Shown here: piece by piece, positions 1 to 10,660 of the stretch
Numbering within the stretch: the first letter of the stretch is position 1
How the letters are laid out: each line of letters opens with the position of its first letter
Origin: Nemertoderma westbladi
Lineage: Eukaryota; Animalia; Xenacoelomorpha
Direction of reading: 5' to 3'
DNA length: 43,043 nucleotides
NCBI GenBank assembly: GCA_032718475.1
Contig: JAUCBJ010000115.1
Coordinates: 1 to 43,043, forward strand
Translations under genes and position numbers: made by a program
Notes under the pieces: model-generated
Database searches by the model: none
Told to the model about the DNA's origin: nothing
What the model saw: the letters and a program-made list of their open reading frames with translations, nothing else

Positions 1-24
1 ACAAAACAATGCCCCCTGTCCTAA

Positions 25-180
25 AGGCCTGTTTACACGTGGCAACTTTTAGAGCAACTTTATCGGCAACTAGCAATGTGTTTGGAGCAATTTAATTTAA
101 TCGCTGTTTAATGTTTACACGTGCCAACTTTACCAGCAACTTCACCAGCAACTTGGCCGGAAACTTTTATAGCAACTTGG
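25..180. mobile_element. PIF/Harbinger-type MITE end
   Basis: TAA-AGGCCTGTTTACACG terminus followed by repeated GCAACTT subterminal motifs; partner end not found. Confidence 0.35.
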
Positions 181-408
181 TTATTTTGACTGTAAAATAG
201 TGGATACTGTTTCAGTATGCATACACCCCTCACCAAATTATATATACTAGCTAGTTTTTGATAATTTATTTTTTTTGAAATTTAGCCATTTTATTTTGAA
301 AAAATTAATGTTCTAGAACAAATATTTTTTTAGACAAAGGCCTGGTTAGTATTTAAAAAGAACGGGATGGATATAATACGTATATAAAATGAATAAAATA
401 ACTTTTTA

Positions 409-752
409 GGCCGCGTTCACACTACCGAGTCAAAGTCAAAGTTAACCCTATTAAACCCGGGTGGAGGGGGCCAATATGACCCCCCCCCCCGTGGTTTTTT
501 TTATTATAATTCTGAAACAAACGCAGTTGGGAATCTGAAATTTTATGACTTTTCCTAAAAATCTATTGTATTCCTAGTAGTCACAAATATATTATAAAAC
601 ATATCACATGAAATTAATTTTTTCTAGAATGCACTTATGTATTATATTAGGCCTATATAATGTATTATTATTTATTATTGCTAGCTAGCTATATTTATTT
701 TCTTTTGAATTTGACCTTGACTTTGACTCGGTAGTATAGTGTAAACGCGGTC
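409..752. mobile_element. PIF/Harbinger-type MITE, possibly with a nested TTAA-CCC (piggyBac-like) fragment
   Basis: TIRs GGCCGCGTTCACACTACCGAGTCAAAGTCAA and TTGACTTTGACTCGGTAG..TAGTGTAAACGCGGTC; TTA on both sides (406-408, 753-755). Confidence 0.6.
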
Positions 753-1099
753 TTAAAATTTTTGAAATTTTTCAATTAAATTATCATGATATCTAGTAAA
801 ATTTATGGTAGCTAATAAATAATAAAAGCAATGATTAAAGTAATTTCAACAAGAAATTTTTTTTTTAATTTTAAATTTTTATTGTTGTTGTTTATTATTT
901 GTTGTTTTATTGTTGTTTTTCAAAATTTCTAGCTACAATCTTACTGTCAAAATGTTAAATGTTCTAGAATAAAAACCTCATGATAAAAGCTATTTTTCAA
1001 AAAAAAAATTGGACTTCGGATGTCTCACACAAAAAAACCGCTTTATCTAATACTGTTTAATTTAATTTGAATATATTTATAAAAACCTTTAAAAAGGAT

Positions 1100-1510
1100 T
1101 GTCCCATGCAATACAATATTCCATTGGAGCCACTAAAATTCAAAATGACCTCTGTTGGACACTGTTCATAAAGGGCCACCCAAAAATGAAATGGCTCTTA
1201 CAAGACATTGTCCATTAGAGCCACTTAAATATGAAATATATTTCATATATATTAGGCAATTTTCCCTTAAAGCCATTCAAATCTGAAATGGCCCATATTG
1301 GATAGTGTCGCTTGGAGCCACTCAACTATAATGTGGCCCGATATTAGCCAATTTGTATCAACCGCCTTTGAAAAGGCAATGGCCCATGCAAGACCATGTT
1401 CCATTTGAGCCAAAAGTTCGAAATGGCCTTAATTAGTCACTGTTCATAAAGGGCCACTAAAAAATATAATGGTTCTTACAAGACAATGTCCCCTTGGAGC
1501 CACCCAAATG
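1100..1510 (+). repeat. Degenerate ~42-bp tandem repeat (GAGCCAC/AAATGGCCC units)
   Basis: Recurrent ttggagccac and aaatggccc units; related GGGCCAT units in opposite orientation at ~3130-3290 suggest subterminal arrays of a DNA element. Confidence 0.5.
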
Positions 1511-1567
1511 ACAAATATTATTTAGATTATCTAATAATAAAAAAAATAAAATGTTTTTTTACAATAT

Positions 1568-2285
1568 ATTTTGTTACATTATGTCAACTTAACAGCGTTC
1601 TGGTGAATTACTCATAACGCTGCAAAGTACTACTTTGCAGCGTTGTGGCCTATAGGACGGAACGTTGCAAAACAACTTCAATTACCGTATTCCAGAATGT
1701 ATTATTTCCATTTATGTTAATGATTGCAGCTTTATTATCCAATTTGCAGTGACGGGACTAGCTACTGGATGTAAATAATTGTTTAACATGTACTGTAATC
1801 CATTATGGCGAAACGTCCAATAGAAGACACTAAATTAACCAAAGAAAGTGACGACAGTGTTCAGTAAAACTGAACGGACACAGATGGTGAATAAGTTTGC
1901 TTCAGTCGACTATAGTCAAGATGGATTAATGATTTATCACATCCAAGCAGGAGATAACTTCCAATAAACTTTAATTAGATTTAAATGTATAATTAATACT
2001 GTGTACCAGTGTACCTGTTAATAAATTTCACTTATATTCGATATAGTACATGATTAAAATGTATAAATGAGCAACCATAAAATCCTTTCTTCACAAACCG
2101 AACACTGATAAGTTGACATAATGTAACAAAATTACATACATCATTGCTTGCAAAGGTCACTTTTCAAGGTTAAAGACCCTTGTTTATTGATGTAAATCTC
2201 CCTCGCTGCGCTCGCTCGGTACATAAATAAACTCGGGTCATAGCGCTGCAAAGTGCTACTTTGCACACAATGATGTAAATAGTTA
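1568..2285. mobile_element. Non-autonomous element with 33-bp inverted repeats, plus a Crypton-like end
   Basis: 1568-1600 and 2100-2132 are inverted (2 mismatches); CTCGCTGCGCTCG and GCAAAG..CTTTGC motifs resemble Crypton-derived repeats. Confidence 0.4.
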
Positions 2286-3339
2286 TTAGATTTAATTAAT
2301 ACGGGATAAAAATCACATTATATTTAATAGGCCTATAGATAATTGTTACATTAGGGTTAGAGGCAAAACGTCTACATTTATGTCTCCAATATATGAATTA
2401 CTGGTGGGGGATGGAATTCGTAGGGGTCGTAAGATGTATTTAGGCTAGTCTATAAACTAATCCCCCACCAATGACAAAATGTTAATAATGAAGTGTATAG
2501 TACGCGAAATAGTGATAAGTTATCCTTCCTAGAGGTACCGAACGGTCATACATTATTTCTTAAAAAAGCACAAATTTTAATCGCTTGTCAGTGAGAATTT
2601 ATTAAAACCTGTTGTTATTTACAGTATTGTTATTTACAATTTAACATATTTTGTTTGCACAAGTTTCGATCTTCAAACGGCTGAGACGTCCAAATAGTGG
2701 CGCAAATTGACCATTAGTGAAAAGGTATTGTTTATTGTTTTGGGTAGAAAACACCGCCACTAATGTTTGAAATTTAAATAAATTAATTTTTTAAATCATC
2801 TAAAAAACACATATTTTGTGTTTCCGGTCACTTTGCGCCATTAACTCGAGAAATCACATCCGCGTTTTTGACTGTCGGTCATAAGTGATAATAATTATCT
2901 ATAACGAAAGACTTAAAATCGTCTAAAAACTACTTATTGTACAACTCATAATCAGAAATTACACAAAAAGTGAATTGTGTGCGTTATTGTAGATATATAT
3001 ATTTTTTAAAATATCTGCAAAGGCATTTTTGGCTGTAGAATTAAATTGATAATAAATACTATTGTTTACCGCTAGGGGTGCAAGTTAAATTCATAAGAAC
3101 TAAAGGCAATTTCCTTGTAATTGTTTATTTTGGGCCATTATGCCTAGATTGGGCCATTTTGTTCTAGGTGGGCCATATTTGCCCTAAGAGGACGTGTACC
3201 TTTTGGGCCATCGTAGTAGGATTAGGGCCATTGCTCCAAGCCCAAGGCCATTTAAGGGCCATTGGACCTTTAAAAGGTGGCCCTAATAGTGGGAAAGCTT
3301 ATATATATATATATATGTATAATAGGCCTAGACAAAATC

Positions 3340-3765
3340 ACGATGCCACATCACAACACAACCAAGACAAAGGGGAGGTTTCGTCTCACATACTGGACAA
3401 TAGTAACGAGTTAGGACAGTTATAGCTCCCTTGTTTGCATAACAAACACGACACCTTCGGCGAGGTTTAGGGTCTTTCTCGGTTGGTGGTAACAGGTCAA
3501 CAAAGTGATATGTATTACTCGTACTTGGCTGTGGGGAATGTGGAGCAGGGGGATGACTCACAGGATGAATCACGTGATGAACAGTATACACGTTTCAATG
3601 ATCTGGCAGAATGTATATGGGTTAGATGAAGCACAGTCATCTTTAAAAAATCGACATAAGTAGCTTTTTTGTTGTCCTCACATTTATACATTAGGTAACC
3701 ATTTACAACCAACCGAGCAATGAAGTTAATTCCAATCTTCTTGAACCATAAATGATTCTTTCTTA
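3340..3765 (-). pseudogene. piggyBac transposase C-terminal fragment (frameshifted)
   Basis: RKNHLWFKKIGINFIARLVVNGYLMY followed by the cysteine-rich domain RRRCRVCY..TRYYCPVCETKPPLCLGC. Confidence 0.8.
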
Positions 3766-4450
3766 TGGCCGGTCGTCCACAACTACACTTTCCATGAGTT
3801 GGTTGCCAGAGAAGTAGATCTGGTATGACCTCGTATTTACTTCGCCAGCAGTGCCCACTGAATCTTAATCTGCATTCACGGAGGGTGGTTGATACAGGTG
3901 GTATTGTACCATAAAGCTCGGCATTTGTCATGTGTTGTCTCCAGCTGATGTTTAGGGCTGCCCTTAGTAGTCTTGTGTAGCAACCATCAATTCGTTGTTC
4001 AAGTGATTTAGTCTGTGTCCAGGTCTCACCCCCGTATAAAAAAGATATCAATCCAATGCCTGCAATAATTACTTCTGGTATTCCATAAGCTCTTAGGATT
4101 TCAAGCATTTTACCTCTATGGATGGAGTCGAATGCCTTCTTGAAGTCCACAAAACTAATGACTGCGGGGAGATTCTTTGACTTAATTCCTTCAATCAGTC
4201 ACCATAGTGCAAGTATCTGAGCTATTGTTGATCTACTTGGTCGAAATCCGTTTTGGCTCTTATGCAGTAGTTTCTCTATGTGAGGCCTAATCGTATATAG
4301 AATCATCTTATTTCATATATTCATTTCATATAATCATATATTTTCCTTGTAGGGCTGACCTCGATGTTTGGTGGCTGCCTAAGCAAGTTGCTGAAGTGAT
4401 GTTTCCACTTCCCAACATGTTCTTCAGGACTATCGGCTTTGAGTCACCCC
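3766..4450 (-). pseudogene. RTE-clade non-LTR retrotransposon fragment with internal deletion
   Basis: QNGFRPSRST, FVDFKKAFDSIHR, LYGGETWT, RLRFSGHCWR, LLLWQP; upstream KWKHHFSNLL linker; RT core deleted. Confidence 0.85.
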
Positions 4451-5249
4451 TTTGCACAAATTTCGTAAATATTAGGATCAATACTTTTAGGGCTATGCAG
4501 AGAAGTAATAATTTTTCTTTGCTACGATGTATTGATGTTTCACAAAACATCCTTATTCATGCAATTGCTAACGTTTCTCCTCTCACGGTGTTGCGCAAGA
4601 GTTGGTTAGTGGTGCTTGGGGTAACCTAAATTTCTGATTTTGTATTTATTCTGTTGTCTAGGTAAATTTATATAATGTGGTCTGTATACTTCTACTACGT
4701 ATGTAATTAAATTTATCTTGTACCTATAATGGACCTATAGTGTCAGATTAAACAAAAATAATAATAATAATAATAATTGTGACAAATTGATAGATTGTAC
4801 AATATAATAAAGCTTGCTCCAAAACAAGTTCCTATATTTGAGATAACTTGTACTTTAGTTTCACCTACTGTTGTGGGTTAATGTGTTATTTGTATATGTG
4901 TATGTAATAGACAGTCATGTGTTGAAAACATGTTGGACATATAAACACTATTTTATAGTTATTCATGCCTAACTTTACATATTAGTTATGGTACATGCAC
5001 ACCAACTAAACTAATGTATACTAATTCTATCTGACGTTTTATATCATGATAACGAAACTAATAAAATAAAGTTATCTACTAAACCCTGTGGTCATTTTAA
5101 CAGACTGATTATGGGGTCACTCAACTCAGTTGGAGCTCCCAGAGTCGTCACAGAGCTCCCATGTCTGAAAAATGGAATGACCATATATTTAAATTAAGTT
5201 ATTATGGTGGATAAAAATTAACTATTTTCTACTCTGTGAGTAGTAATAG

Positions 5250-5975
5250 TTGTGTTTAGTTTTGGTAAAGCAGAGGTGGTTTTTTATGTGTTGGCGTTTT
5301 GGCACTATGCGCAATTGTTGAGGAGATCATGCAGCCAGATAGTGCTCTTACTACTGTATATTCAAATGATGGATCAGCAATGAGTGGTGTGGGCAAATAT
5401 ATTGTGCAGTCCCTCACACTTAATGGAATACAGAGGGTTTAGCCAACTTGTAGTATTGTGACTGAAACCATGGATAGCTTAAAATAATTAGAAATTATGA
5501 CACTAAGGATACTTTCAGCAGCAGTAGGGTATAGATATTCTGAACAAAACATATTAAAGCGAATCTCCTTTATAATGACATCCTTTATAATAATAGCACA
5601 ATACATAATCTAGATAAAATCGAAAAGGTCTGCGAAGAATTAAATATCTTTCACATTCCGAAAACCATTCTTTGTAACATGCATCCTCTAATGATGTTTC
5701 AACCTAAGTTCAAAACATTGTTTCAACAAATACATGACTGACTGCATTGGTAAGAAGAAAATCGCAGATAGTTTTCTGGCTGATGTAAGAGTTTAAAAAT
5801 TAATCTTTTATTGTTAAAGCAGTTAAATGTTTATCTTCATTTATAAATAGAGACTATTTTCCTAAACCTTGGAATTGACAAGGTCATTTTGAGGCATTTA
5901 TTCATCCAAAAAAGAACATGTCACTTTCATTACAAGATCATAGGTTCAACCGCATGAGTGACTGTTGTTTAGTTC
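5250..5975 (+). pseudogene. Decayed DDE-type transposase-like remnant (CxxH family, hAT-like)
   Basis: Manual translation through stops: ISFIMT, LCNMHPL, KPWN, DHRFNR. Confidence 0.45.
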
Positions 5976-6094
5976 AATCAATCAATTTCAATGTTGTTGA
6001 TCATAGTCAATACATAATTGGTGGGGTGGCAATTAAATAGTATCCATTGGCTAGACACAACCACTAAAACACAACCACTAAAAGGCAACCATAG

Positions 6095-6450
6095 TAAGTT
6101 ATTAAAACTTTCATTCATGTTTTGAGTTTTTCCATGGAGACATCATGACAGCAATTGAGGAGATGAAAGGTCTCTAAATATCGGTTTGACAAGATTGGTG
6201 ATAACTTCATGAAGCTGTTGCTTGTGGTGATATAGTTGCCCAGTATCCAATCCTCTATTGTATTTGCAACATGAATTGATGCCTTTGGTAAAAAGTGAAT
6301 GTTGAGGATTCATATCTGAGGATAGCATGTGGAAATAGGTTGCCCAAATGGCTTCTTGCATTGCTCGGACTGATTCAGAGCAAATCTGTTAGTCTGTCTG
6401 AACCACCAATATACTTCCCATCTAACAGTAGTTGACCTTTATAATTGGTT
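6095..6450 (-). pseudogene. Kolobok/Mutator-like transposase fragment
   Basis: AIWATYFHMLSSD.NPQHSL, KPIFRDLSSPQLLS*CLHGKTQNMNESFN. Confidence 0.75.
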
Positions 6451-6501
6451 CCTGTATTGGAGGTTGGAGGGCGAATGGCGTTTGGTTATATTTAATATTA
6501 C

Positions 6502-6600
6502 TAGGGGTGTGCCGGATATCCGGCTAGGCCGGAATTCCGGCCGGATTTTGATAAAAATATCCGGTTCCGACCGGATTTAAATTTTTTGTCCGGATTTTCA
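6502..6600. mobile_element. hAT-type non-autonomous element end
   Basis: TAGGGGTGTG terminus followed by clustered CCGGAT/ATCCGG subterminal motifs. Confidence 0.45.
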
Positions 6601-7336
6601 TTTCAACGAATTGTACAATTTTTACAACAAAATTTACAATTAATGTAAATTTTCAAAAAAACATCAAAATAAATTTTCTTTTAAATTCAAACAAATTTAA
6701 ATGTAAGCAAATACAATGGAATACAACAAGACACATTTTTTGTAAGCGGATCCTTAGCTGGAAACAAAGGTGAACAGAGAAAACAAGAAGGGAAAAAAAG
6801 GAAGGGAGAAAACAAGAAGGGAAAAAGAAAAAGTAAAAAAAAATTATTGGACAAAAAACAAGGGCAATAAGGGCAAAGAAAAAAAGATTTATGGTCCACC
6901 TAGAGGGAAAAAAGGAAGAACAAGTGATAATAACAAGATAATAATAATAATAATAATAACAATAATAATAATAAGAACAATAAATAAAGAAATAAACCAG
7001 TCTAATAAATCTCGGAGAGGACAATAACCACCCCCACCCCCAGTACCCCCACCCTCTATTATAATAATGCAATATATTTAAGGTTAATTTTTACTTAGTA
7101 ATTCCTAAGGTGCTGTAGCAAAGCTAAAATGGACTAGTCTCAAAAACTCGTACCATAGGGAGAGACGAGAAGGTAAGATTGCCAAAAGTGGGTCTGCCGC
7201 CAACCATACCAAGAAACAATGGTATTTATTTTATTTATTTATTTATTTATTTTATATTCGCACACTGGTAAATATTACATGTTGCTAATGCTAATTACTA
7301 TTAAATACATAATTACATAGGAGTATACACTGTAGA

Positions 7337-7663
7337 TTGAAATTGAAATTTATTAAACATTTAGAAGAGAATGATGAAAATAAAGAAGTGATATTGAGAC
7401 AAATATTAGGAAACAAAAATCAAATACGGAAATTTATTAAACAAATGGAAGAAAATGAGGAAAATAGAGAAGAGATATTAAGACAGGTTCTGGGAAATAA
7501 AAGTAAATTACTGAAAATTAATGAACAATTGAATAAAATTAAGAAACAGTTGGTTAATGAGGAAGATGAAAGTAAAGAAAATCAACCAGCTTTTACTTAT
7601 TTTCGAAGACCTATGATGAAAAACTCTCGTACAGTATATGCCCGCGCAGGAGGACACTATTGA
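7337..7663 (+). CDS. Hypothetical coiled-coil protein with a duplicated 28-aa unit
   Basis: KFIKHLEENDENKEVILRQILGNK / KFIKQMEENEENREEILRQVLGNK; TTG start directly after TAG (possible splice acceptor). Confidence 0.3.
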   Translation: MKLKFIKHLEENDENKEVILRQILGNKNQIRKFIKQMEENEENREEILRQVLGNKSKLLKINEQLNKIKKQLVNEEDESKENQPAFTYFRRPMMKNSRTVYARAGGHY

Positions 7664-8169
7664 CATTTGTTTGTTTGAGTTCCTTTCATAATAGTATTAG
7701 GACTATTTATCCATAACAATTATATTATTATTAGAACTATTTATCCATAACAATTATATTGGTATTAGGAGTATTTATCCTTAATTATTATATTAGTATT
7801 ATAAATGTATTTGCCAACAATATTTATTGCTATTAGGTCTATTTATTCAAGAAATTATATGTTTTTTATAATATATTTTGGAAAATTAGTCGACTAAGTC
7901 ATAATTTTTAAAACTTTAAATAAGGGTAGAGTTATTTTATAAAGTTAAGAAGAGTGAATCAATGGAGGCAACATGAAGTCTAATCTCTTGCCCTTTACTC
8001 ATAAGACCGCACATTAACTCCCAAGGTTGCATACTGTCACTATAGCTGGGAGAGTCAAAGCTAGTGTACACTAGATTCAGTCTAGAGCTAGGAAAAAGAA
8101 TAATGCTCTTCTAGGGTTCGAACCTATTGCTGACCGAGGCCTATTGCTGACCGAACGAAAACTGTCCTG

Positions 8170-8240
8170 GTTCATGCAAGGATCGAACCCATGACATGCG
8201 GGAGATGTGAATTCAATGCAACCACTACACTAAGGTGAAA
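8170..8240 (-). ncRNA. tRNA-derived (SINE head-like) sequence
   Basis: Minus-strand A-box TAGTGTAGTGG and B-box GGTTCGATCC at tRNA spacing; cloverleaf degenerate. Confidence 0.5.
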
Positions 8241-8273
8241 CAGTAACCTTCGAATTTGTTCGTTGACGTTCGG

Positions 8274-8344
8274 TGTGGCTGTGGTTGTGGTTCTGGCTGT
8301 GGCTGTGGCTGTGGTTGTGGCTGTGGCTGTGGTTGTGGCTGTGG
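8274..8344. repeat. (TGTGGY)n microsatellite
   Basis: About 11 hexamer units. Confidence 0.9.
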
Positions 8345-8883
8345 GTTAGTTTCGATGGGAAATGGGGTGATTTGAGAAGCAGGGAGTGCGCCGGAGAAAA
8401 GTGCGTGTAATGGGCTGCTGCGTCAGAATGGGTATGTTAATTAATGTTACACTACAGTATCTGAACAAATATTTTAGGCATGGTATGGCAAGCATGAGGG
8501 GTTATGCATTACTTCAAACAATAAAACTACAGTATCCACTGTAGTATAGAGATGGTTGGGGATTAATTTGACAAATGGTATTTGGGTACTGGCTTTGTCG
8601 TTGAGCTAATACTTGGAGTGTGTGGTTGGGTGCGCAGGCTGCTTCGCAACACAATGTGAAAGAATGCAATCTATTGCAAGACCAGATGTTTATTATAATT
8701 TTCTTAGGCGAATTGACAATGGTCTGACATGATAACGAAGCTGGAGGTTTAAATAATTTAAAATGTGTGCAACCCCATGTTGGCATGCAGTATAACTCAA
8801 CATAGGATTCAGTGGGATGCTTAATCCTTCACGCATGCCATACCAAAAACTATGGTCCTGTTTGAAATGTTAAGGTGGACCTT

Positions 8884-8894
8884 TCTATATAAAT
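8884..8894 (+). promoter_or_regulatory. Candidate TATA box for the GTSF1-like ORF
   Basis: TCTATATAAAT about 105 bp upstream of ATG 8996. Confidence 0.3.
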
Positions 8895-8995
8895 AAAACC
8901 ATGTAAAGTTAGATCATTATCTCTAAAAAACATTAAGTGAAGTTTTTCAAAGTTTTTTTAAAAGTAAATCTTACTAAATTGTTCTTTTTGTTACT

Positions 8996-9283
8996 ATGGA
9001 GTACTTTATTTGCCCCTATGATGCCACGCACCAGATTCATTCGGAGAAATACGTCAAACATCTAAGAAAATGCCGCAAGAACTTTCCTGGCCAAAAAATG
9101 GTACAGTGTCCCTTTGAAGTTGCGCATAGCTTTAGAGAAGCCGAAAGGGAACATCATCTACAATTTTGTGAATACAGAAATAGGAGCTCCATTTTTGAGA
9201 TATTAAAAGAAGAGAAAAAAGTGGAAAAGAAAGGAGAAGAAATTGAATGTCCGGCGGCGTGCGGAGAAGAGGTGTGGGATTGA
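8996..9283 (+). CDS. GTSF1: GTSF1/Asterix-like protein, two CHHC (U11-48K-type) zinc fingers, intronless, 95 aa
   Basis: CPYDATH..HLRKCRKN and CPFEVAH..HHLQFC match the two GTSF1 fingers; C-terminal CPAACGEEVWD resembles the PIWI-binding CPPCDEDWD motif. Confidence 0.8.
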   Translation: MEYFICPYDATHQIHSEKYVKHLRKCRKNFPGQKMVQCPFEVAHSFREAEREHHLQFCEYRNRSSIFEILKEEKKVEKKGEEIECPAACGEEVWD

Positions 9284-9600
9284 TGTGATGATGCGATTCT
9301 CCGCACCCTAGTATAAATTGTTATGTAAACGGCTGCAGATTATTGAGGGATTGAACCAGGGCCAAACTGGTCCATTTTATTTTCTTGAAAGGGTAATTTA
9401 TGTTTTGGGCCCCGCTCGTGTCTTTATATTTCATTCTATCATTCTATTGTACAGCAAAAATAATACAAATGTACTGTATATTGTATTATTGTTCCTATTG
9501 TATTGTATATTTCATTTGCTGTAGTACAATCTATTCATCTCGCGTCCCTATCTGATTGATTTGTGTCAAATTAAATTGCCTTTGGCAACATTATTTGATA

Positions 9601-9668
9601 CAAATCGATTGATTAAACAATTAATTAATTGTTTAATCGACCAATTAATTAATTGTTTAATTAATTAA
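9601..9668. repeat. AT-rich palindromic cluster
   Basis: GATTAAACAATTAATTAATTGTTTAATC perfect palindrome plus a partial second copy. Confidence 0.7.
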
Positions 9669-9676
9669 TGACCTAC

Positions 9677-10240
9677 TTAACATCCAAGGTGCGAAGTAGG
9701 TCTAACTGTCGCCGAAAAGGGGTAACTCTTACTACTACTGCCAATGGTTCCATTTGGGAGAGTGATCCTAAAACTGGCTGTTCTGGATTCTTCGTGCGAC
9801 TTTCTCTCTATATCGGATGGTTTCACTACCACATTATGTACTGCCAGCAGTGCTATAATGCCTTCTTTATTTGTCTTTGGGTTTAGATGAAACACAAATA
9901 TGTCTTGGTCAGCTGCTTGCAGCGGTCCCACTTCCTTTCCACCGCCTTCGATGAAGGCGGGTTTGCGTCTCCGTCTCGGAGGAACAGTTTGAAATTGTTC
10001 CTCATCTCCATCATCAGCTATGCTGGGTGATAATCGTGGCCTTTTCATACTACCTGAAATTGAGCCTTGCTTCGAATGTGGTGGAGTAGCCCAGTTCGGG
10101 CCAGATTGGCCCTTTGTAAAATCACACCGCTGCCTGTTTAAGGGTGGCGGTCCTAAATTACCATTGCTTCTCAAGGTGTAATTGGATATGCCTGATGTAG
10201 CTGCAGTTTTGTATGACTGTGTTTGCGGTAATGTCGTTGG
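9677..10240 (-). pseudogene. 3' half of a non-LTR ORF1-like gene (RRM-like), interrupted by the LTR element
   Basis: DIFVFHLNPKT..SFRITLP RRM-like end; in frame with 27241-26675 once the insertion and one TSD are removed. Confidence 0.7.
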
Positions 10241-10374
10241 TTGACTATAGAATTATATCCTCACAAAAACCGTGGATTTTCGAAATTTTATTTTGTTGGA
10301 ATAAACTTGTTAAAAGAATTACATTAAGTTCTCATTTGTATTTACCATGTCTATTTGTACAATGTTATTCAAGT

Positions 10375-10458
10375 GGTTCAGTAGCTCAGTCGGTTAAGCG
10401 TTGGAAATTTGTCTAGTAGGTATAGAGTTCAAATCCTAGCAGGTGCAAATTGTTTTTT
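10375..10458 (+). ncRNA. tRNA-like Pol III cassette inside the 5' LTR
   Basis: A-box TAGCTCAGTCGG, B-box GAGTTCAAATCC, T6 run at 10453-10458; acceptor stem poorly paired. Confidence 0.6.
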
Positions 10459-10649
10459 GTGCTGAATTTCAACTAATTTAAATTGACCGCTACAGTTTAA
10501 TTGCATGCACTTAGGTAGATTAACCAATGTAATTGCAGTTATTTGATAGTAACCAATGTCGTGTAAGATATGTGTTTGCTGGACCAATAGTTATCTTTGA
10601 AATCCAATATAATTCATGGAATGTTCTCGATTGTTTGCAGCACAAATTT

Positions 10650-10660
10650 GCTATAAAAGG
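10650..10660 (+). promoter_or_regulatory. TATA box in LTR
   Basis: GCTATAAAAGG, present in both LTRs. Confidence 0.45.

Noticed and set aside
6653-7072. Hydrophobic and Lys-rich ORFs
   Set aside because: Low-complexity purine tract and (AAT)n; not credible proteins.
8481-8846. ~20-bp imperfect inverted repeat (TGGTATGGCA...TGCCATACCA)
   Set aside because: No TSD identified; too weak to call a MITE.
10375-10446. Functional tRNA gene, or the element's own primer tRNA
   Set aside because: Acceptor and anticodon stems pair poorly, and its 3' end is not complementary to 12110 onward.
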